Assembly: GCA_965226235.1 (NCBI GenBank)
Contig: OZ245335.1
Location: 1,137,660-1,201,659 of the forward strand
DNA: 64,000 nt
Reading direction: 5' to 3'
From: Candidatus Oxydemutatoraceae bacterium
Lineage (GTDB): Bacteria > Pseudomonadota > Gammaproteobacteria > Poriferisulfidales > Oxydemutatoraceae
A program made the position numbers and the translations under genes. Shown piece after piece: positions 61,544 through 64,000 of the stretch (within the stretch, counting starts at the first letter, position 1; every line of letters begins with the position of its first letter). The notes beneath the pieces were generated by a model. That model searched no databases, was not told where the DNA came from, and saw only the letters and a program-made list of their open reading frames with translations.

Positions 61544-62332
61544 TCACCGGGTGGGATGGCTGTGGACAAAACTTATGACATAACTCGCCGGTATCTTGCC
61601 CGCTACGGCATAACGAGCCCCATAACCGGCTTTCATTTTCCCGAGCCGTGACGCGGTCGTGAGACCGACCTGGCGACCGCGACGAAATCCGCTTACGCCA
61701 GTTTTCTTCAGCAGTTTCAACAGGGAATCGACACTGTCATAAAGCACGACCTCAACCTGCGTCCGACAACTGACAACGGTCAAACCCGCAGATTCGAACG
61801 CACGACGCAACTGAGACTCGGTCGAAAACTCCAAGGTATGTGGAAAGACATCCACCCCGGACCAACTATTGCACAACTCGCGCAGGGTCCCGGCAGTATA
61901 AACCGTAGCCAGCAACGTCCCCCCTCGGGTCATCACGCGATTGATCTCCATCAAGGTGGTGCCCAGGTCGCTACTCCACTGTAACGTCGAACTGGAGCAA
62001 ACCAGGTCAAAAGTCGATGACGAAAACGGCAACGCTTCAATATCGCCGCAGACATGCTCCGAACCACGCGACCTGCGCCGGGCAATCTTCAGCATCGCGT
62101 GGGAAAAATCGAGACCAATGACGCGGCTACCCGGGAAAGCGCGCACCAGGGTCACTGTCCCAAACCCGCTCCCTGCCCCGGCGTCGAGCACCTGAGCCGG
62201 TAAACACGGCAATCGCTCGGCATACGCCATCAGACGATTGGCAACCGCCTGCTGAAGATCGGCGTGGGCGTCGTAATACTCTGCCGCAGCGTCAAACAAA
62301 CGGCGAACGACGGATTTGTCAGTCACGCCCAT
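61544..62332 (-). CDS. bioC: Malonyl-ACP O-methyltransferase (biotin synthesis)
   Basis: From ATG 62332 the translation is MGVTDKSVVRRLFDAAAEYYDAHADLQQAVANRL...VLDAGAGSGFGT...GDIEALPF.SSTFDLV.SSSTLQWSSDL. It is colinear with E. coli BioC (..FGRAAAHYEQHADLQ..VLDAGCGPG..GDIESLPL..FDL..SNLAVQW). The start overlaps the bioH stop by 14 nt. Confidence 0.9.
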   Translation of the reverse strand: MGVTDKSVVRRLFDAAAEYYDAHADLQQAVANRLMAYAERLPCLPAQVLDAGAGSGFGTVTLVRAFPGSRVIGLDFSHAMLKIARRRSRGSEHVCGDIEALPFSSSTFDLVCSSSTLQWSSDLGTTLMEINRVMTRGGTLLATVYTAGTLRELCNSWSGVDVFPHTLEFSTESQLRRAFESAGLTVVSCRTQVEVVLYDSVDSLLKLLKKTGVSGFRRGRQVGLTTASRLGKMKAGYGARYAVAGKIPASYVISFVHSHPTR

Positions 62333-63107
62333 GTTGGCATCGGTCCATGAAGCTGCCCAGCGCTTCGAGAAACTCCTCTGGGTGTGATAGAAACGGCGCG
62401 TGGCCGGCACCGGCAACTTCAACACAACTGCCGCAGGGTATGATCCGGCTACTGTCCCGGACGCTTGCGGCACTGACAATCATGTCTTTTTCCCCCACAA
62501 CAAACAGCGCAGGCTTTTTGAAGCCCCGCATCGCCTCACGAACGTCGGCGACCTGCAACAGCTTCAGCCCGGCCTGGAGTTGTTTTTTGTCCCATTCCAT
62601 CATCGCGAGCGACCTCAAAACGCCACGCGCGGATGCCTGCCGTTCGCTGCCAAGCAGCTGTTGCTCGATGAGTTGCCGGAAGACTTGTTCGGGAGCCACC
62701 GAAAACAAGGACCGAACAGCCCTGAAGAGCGCACGGTTGACGCCATGCGGCCAATCCTTGGTCGCCAGGTAGCAACAACTCATACCGACGACAACCAGCG
62801 CGCGAAGCCGATCTGCGGCCGCCTGTGCCGCCAGTTGCGCCAACAGCCCTCCGAGCGACCACCCAACCCACACCGCCCCCTCGGGCGCGAGCTCCAGCAG
62901 ATGGGCCAGCAACCGATCCGGGTCTTCAAAGGAATACGATGATCGCAGACTGCCGCCGTGCCCGGGCAGATCAACCCTGGTCAAGCGAAAGCGGCTTTCA
63001 AGCTGCATGGCGAGACCGTCCCAACAGCGGCTGTTCATCATCCAGCCGTGTAACAGGAACAAATCGCGCCCCGACCCCGTTTGCTCGACATACAACGGCC
63101 TGGTCAT
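62319..63107 (-). CDS. bioH: Pimeloyl-ACP methyl ester carboxylesterase (alpha/beta hydrolase)
   Basis: LFLLHGW..N...W..L...L...F.L..VDLPGHG.S, nucleophile elbow GWSLGG, and C-terminal AGHAPFLSHPEEF are all as in BioH. I prefer ATG 63107 (MTRPLYVEQ..). The listed ORF extends to 63164, which would leave only 18 bp before the divergent plsY. Confidence 0.85.
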   Translation of the reverse strand: MTRPLYVEQTGSGRDLFLLHGWMMNSRCWDGLAMQLESRFRLTRVDLPGHGGSLRSSYSFEDPDRLLAHLLELAPEGAVWVGWSLGGLLAQLAAQAAADRLRALVVVGMSCCYLATKDWPHGVNRALFRAVRSLFSVAPEQVFRQLIEQQLLGSERQASARGVLRSLAMMEWDKKQLQAGLKLLQVADVREAMRGFKKPALFVVGEKDMIVSAASVRDSSRIIPCGSCVEVAGAGHAPFLSHPEEFLEALGSFMDRCQHGRD

Positions 63108-63185
63108 GGTGGCGGGGTCGTATTGTCCTGGCTCGAAGTTTGACTGAATCTCAATCCGATACACTCAAAAGTATAATACAGCGTG

Positions 63186-63755
63186 ATGGACTACCTGATC
63201 GGAGCGGCTTTTATAGCCGCTGCTTACCTCGCGGGCTCGGTGTCGTTCGCCGTTGTCACCTGCGCCCTGCTGAAGCAACCGGATCCCCGAAGCCGTGGGT
63301 CCGGGAACCCTGGCGCGACCAATGTCCTGCGCGAAATCGGCAAATGGCCCGGGGTATTGACGCTTGGTGGCGACATCGGCAAAGCGGTCATTCCCATGCT
63401 GTTGTTACGCTCGTTGGGGGGCACGGAAACAACGGTTGCCCTGGTTGGTGCCGCGGCGTTCATCGGACACGTCTATCCGCTGTTCCACGGCTTCAAGGGA
63501 GGCAAAGGAGTAGCCACCTTTCTCGGCATCCTGATGGTGTTGCAATGGCAACTTGCGCTGGTCTGGTTGTCCTCCTGGTTGATCGTGCTGGCGTTGTTCA
63601 GATACGTCTCGTTAGCGAGCATGATCGCCACCGCGGCAGCCGCCGCGTACGCATGGAACGCGGTGCAGAACCGGCAAACGGTCATTCTGATCCTGACGAT
63701 GGCAATCCTGATTCTGACCAGGCATCGCAGCAATGTCCGTAGCCTGCTGAGATAA
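63186..63755 (+). CDS. plsY: Glycerol-3-phosphate acyltransferase PlsY
   Basis: MDYLIGAAFIAAAYLAGSVSF....PDPRS.GSGNPGATNVLR..GK......L..D..KA..P......FIGH.YP.F.GFKGG KGVAT is the PlsY signature. The listed ORF begins one codon earlier, at GTG 63183. TATAAT at 63172-63177 lies immediately upstream. Confidence 0.9.
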   Translation: MDYLIGAAFIAAAYLAGSVSFAVVTCALLKQPDPRSRGSGNPGATNVLREIGKWPGVLTLGGDIGKAVIPMLLLRSLGGTETTVALVGAAAFIGHVYPLFHGFKGGKGVATFLGILMVLQWQLALVWLSSWLIVLALFRYVSLASMIATAAAAAYAWNAVQNRQTVILILTMAILILTRHRSNVRSLLR

Positions 63756-63790
63756 ACCCCGGTCGTGGTGTGCGCCAGTCGGATTCGACC

Positions 63791-64000
63791 TCATCGATCG
63801 CCATCAATTTTCTGCAGGGTTTCCAGATTCCAACGCGGGCGTACCTGCGGCCAGCGATCGGCGCACTGCCCGGACTGCAGGCGCAACAAACCCGCGTGGG
63901 CAATCATCACGCCATTGTCGCCACATAAGTGCAGCGGCGGACAAAATAATACAAAGCCGTGCCGTCGCGCAAGCACCGCCAGGAGAGCCCGCAAGCGGCG
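63791..64000 (-). CDS. tsaD: tRNA N6-adenosine threonylcarbamoyltransferase, 3' end only (5' part beyond the right edge)
   Basis: The C-terminal translation ..FCPPLHLCGDNGVMIAHAGLLRLQSGQ.....QVRPRWNLETL matches the TsaD/Gcp tail (..RPEFCTDNGAMIAYAG......G......V.PRWPL). Confidence 0.85.
   Translation of the reverse strand, partial: RRLRALLAVLARRHGFVLFCPPLHLCGDNGVMIAHAGLLRLQSGQCADRWPQVRPRWNLETLQKIDGDR

Noticed and set aside
61380-61583. A 67-codon plus-strand ORF (MLMTNKPQSYPQEMWESPTTGRVF..) in the hemH-operon/bioC intergenic region.
   Set aside because: It has no convincing Shine-Dalgarno sequence and no recognisable family. It runs convergently about 40 nt into the bioC 3' end and contains the hairpin at 61461-61481. 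I kept it only as a possibility in the intergenic-region finding.
63139-63186. A sigma70 promoter for plsY built on the perfect TATAAT at 63172-63177, which would imply a nearly leaderless mRNA.
   Set aside because: The only good -35-like hexamer (TTGACT at 63139-63144) is 27 nt away, which is far from the optimal 17-nt spacing. The hexamer would also lie inside bioH if bioH starts at 63164. This is too weak to call as a feature.
59341-63994. Other overlapping ORFs in the housekeeping block (59341..59613, 59438..59626, 59838..60212, 60062..60508, 60309..60647, 60660..60947, 61941..62195, 62347..62942, 62536..62974, 62825..63742, 63224..63903).
   Set aside because: All lie antisense to or out of frame within hemH, the HNH gene, bioC, bioH or plsY, which have clear family signatures. 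Their translations are compositionally biased.

Overview
GC-rich 64-kb window with two very different parts. (1) Positions 1-59064 are almost entirely one colinear minus-strand coding tract for giant, highly repetitive, secreted adhesin-like protein(s). The N-terminus, with a Sec-type signal peptide, is at about 59.0 kb. The tract is still open at position 1. Modules by eye: Ig-like beta-sandwich units; about 16 proprotein-convertase P-domain-like modules with no protease domain; one roughly 610-aa non-repetitive region; and a 20.6-kb array of about 17 Calx-beta-like triads. The tract is split into 8 long ORFs: 1..12258 open-ended, then 1362, 696, 6463, 1412, 2267, 757 and 686 aa. Every break falls inside a recognisable domain. 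Two breaks are single small indels relative to paralogous copies. The others are short zones packed with frameshifts. The leftmost ORF (1..12258, at least 4086 codons) is missing from the supplied track, apparently because its stop lies outside the window. The many plus-strand ORFs across this tract are antisense shadows. (2) Positions 59.1-64.0 kb hold an IS3-family transposase remnant at the boundary, then housekeeping genes: hemH, an HNH nuclease gene, bioC, bioH, plsY and the 3' end of tsaD. There is also a 528-bp intergenic region with a sharply AT-rich tract and a perfect DnaA-box motif. I found no rRNA, tRNA or CRISPR. The main candidate for novelty is the mega-adhesin locus itself: its P-domain arrays, the Calx-beta triad super-repeats with localized hypervariable cassettes, and its unusual pattern of frame disruptions. 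All domain calls are by-eye motif recognition and no searches were run.
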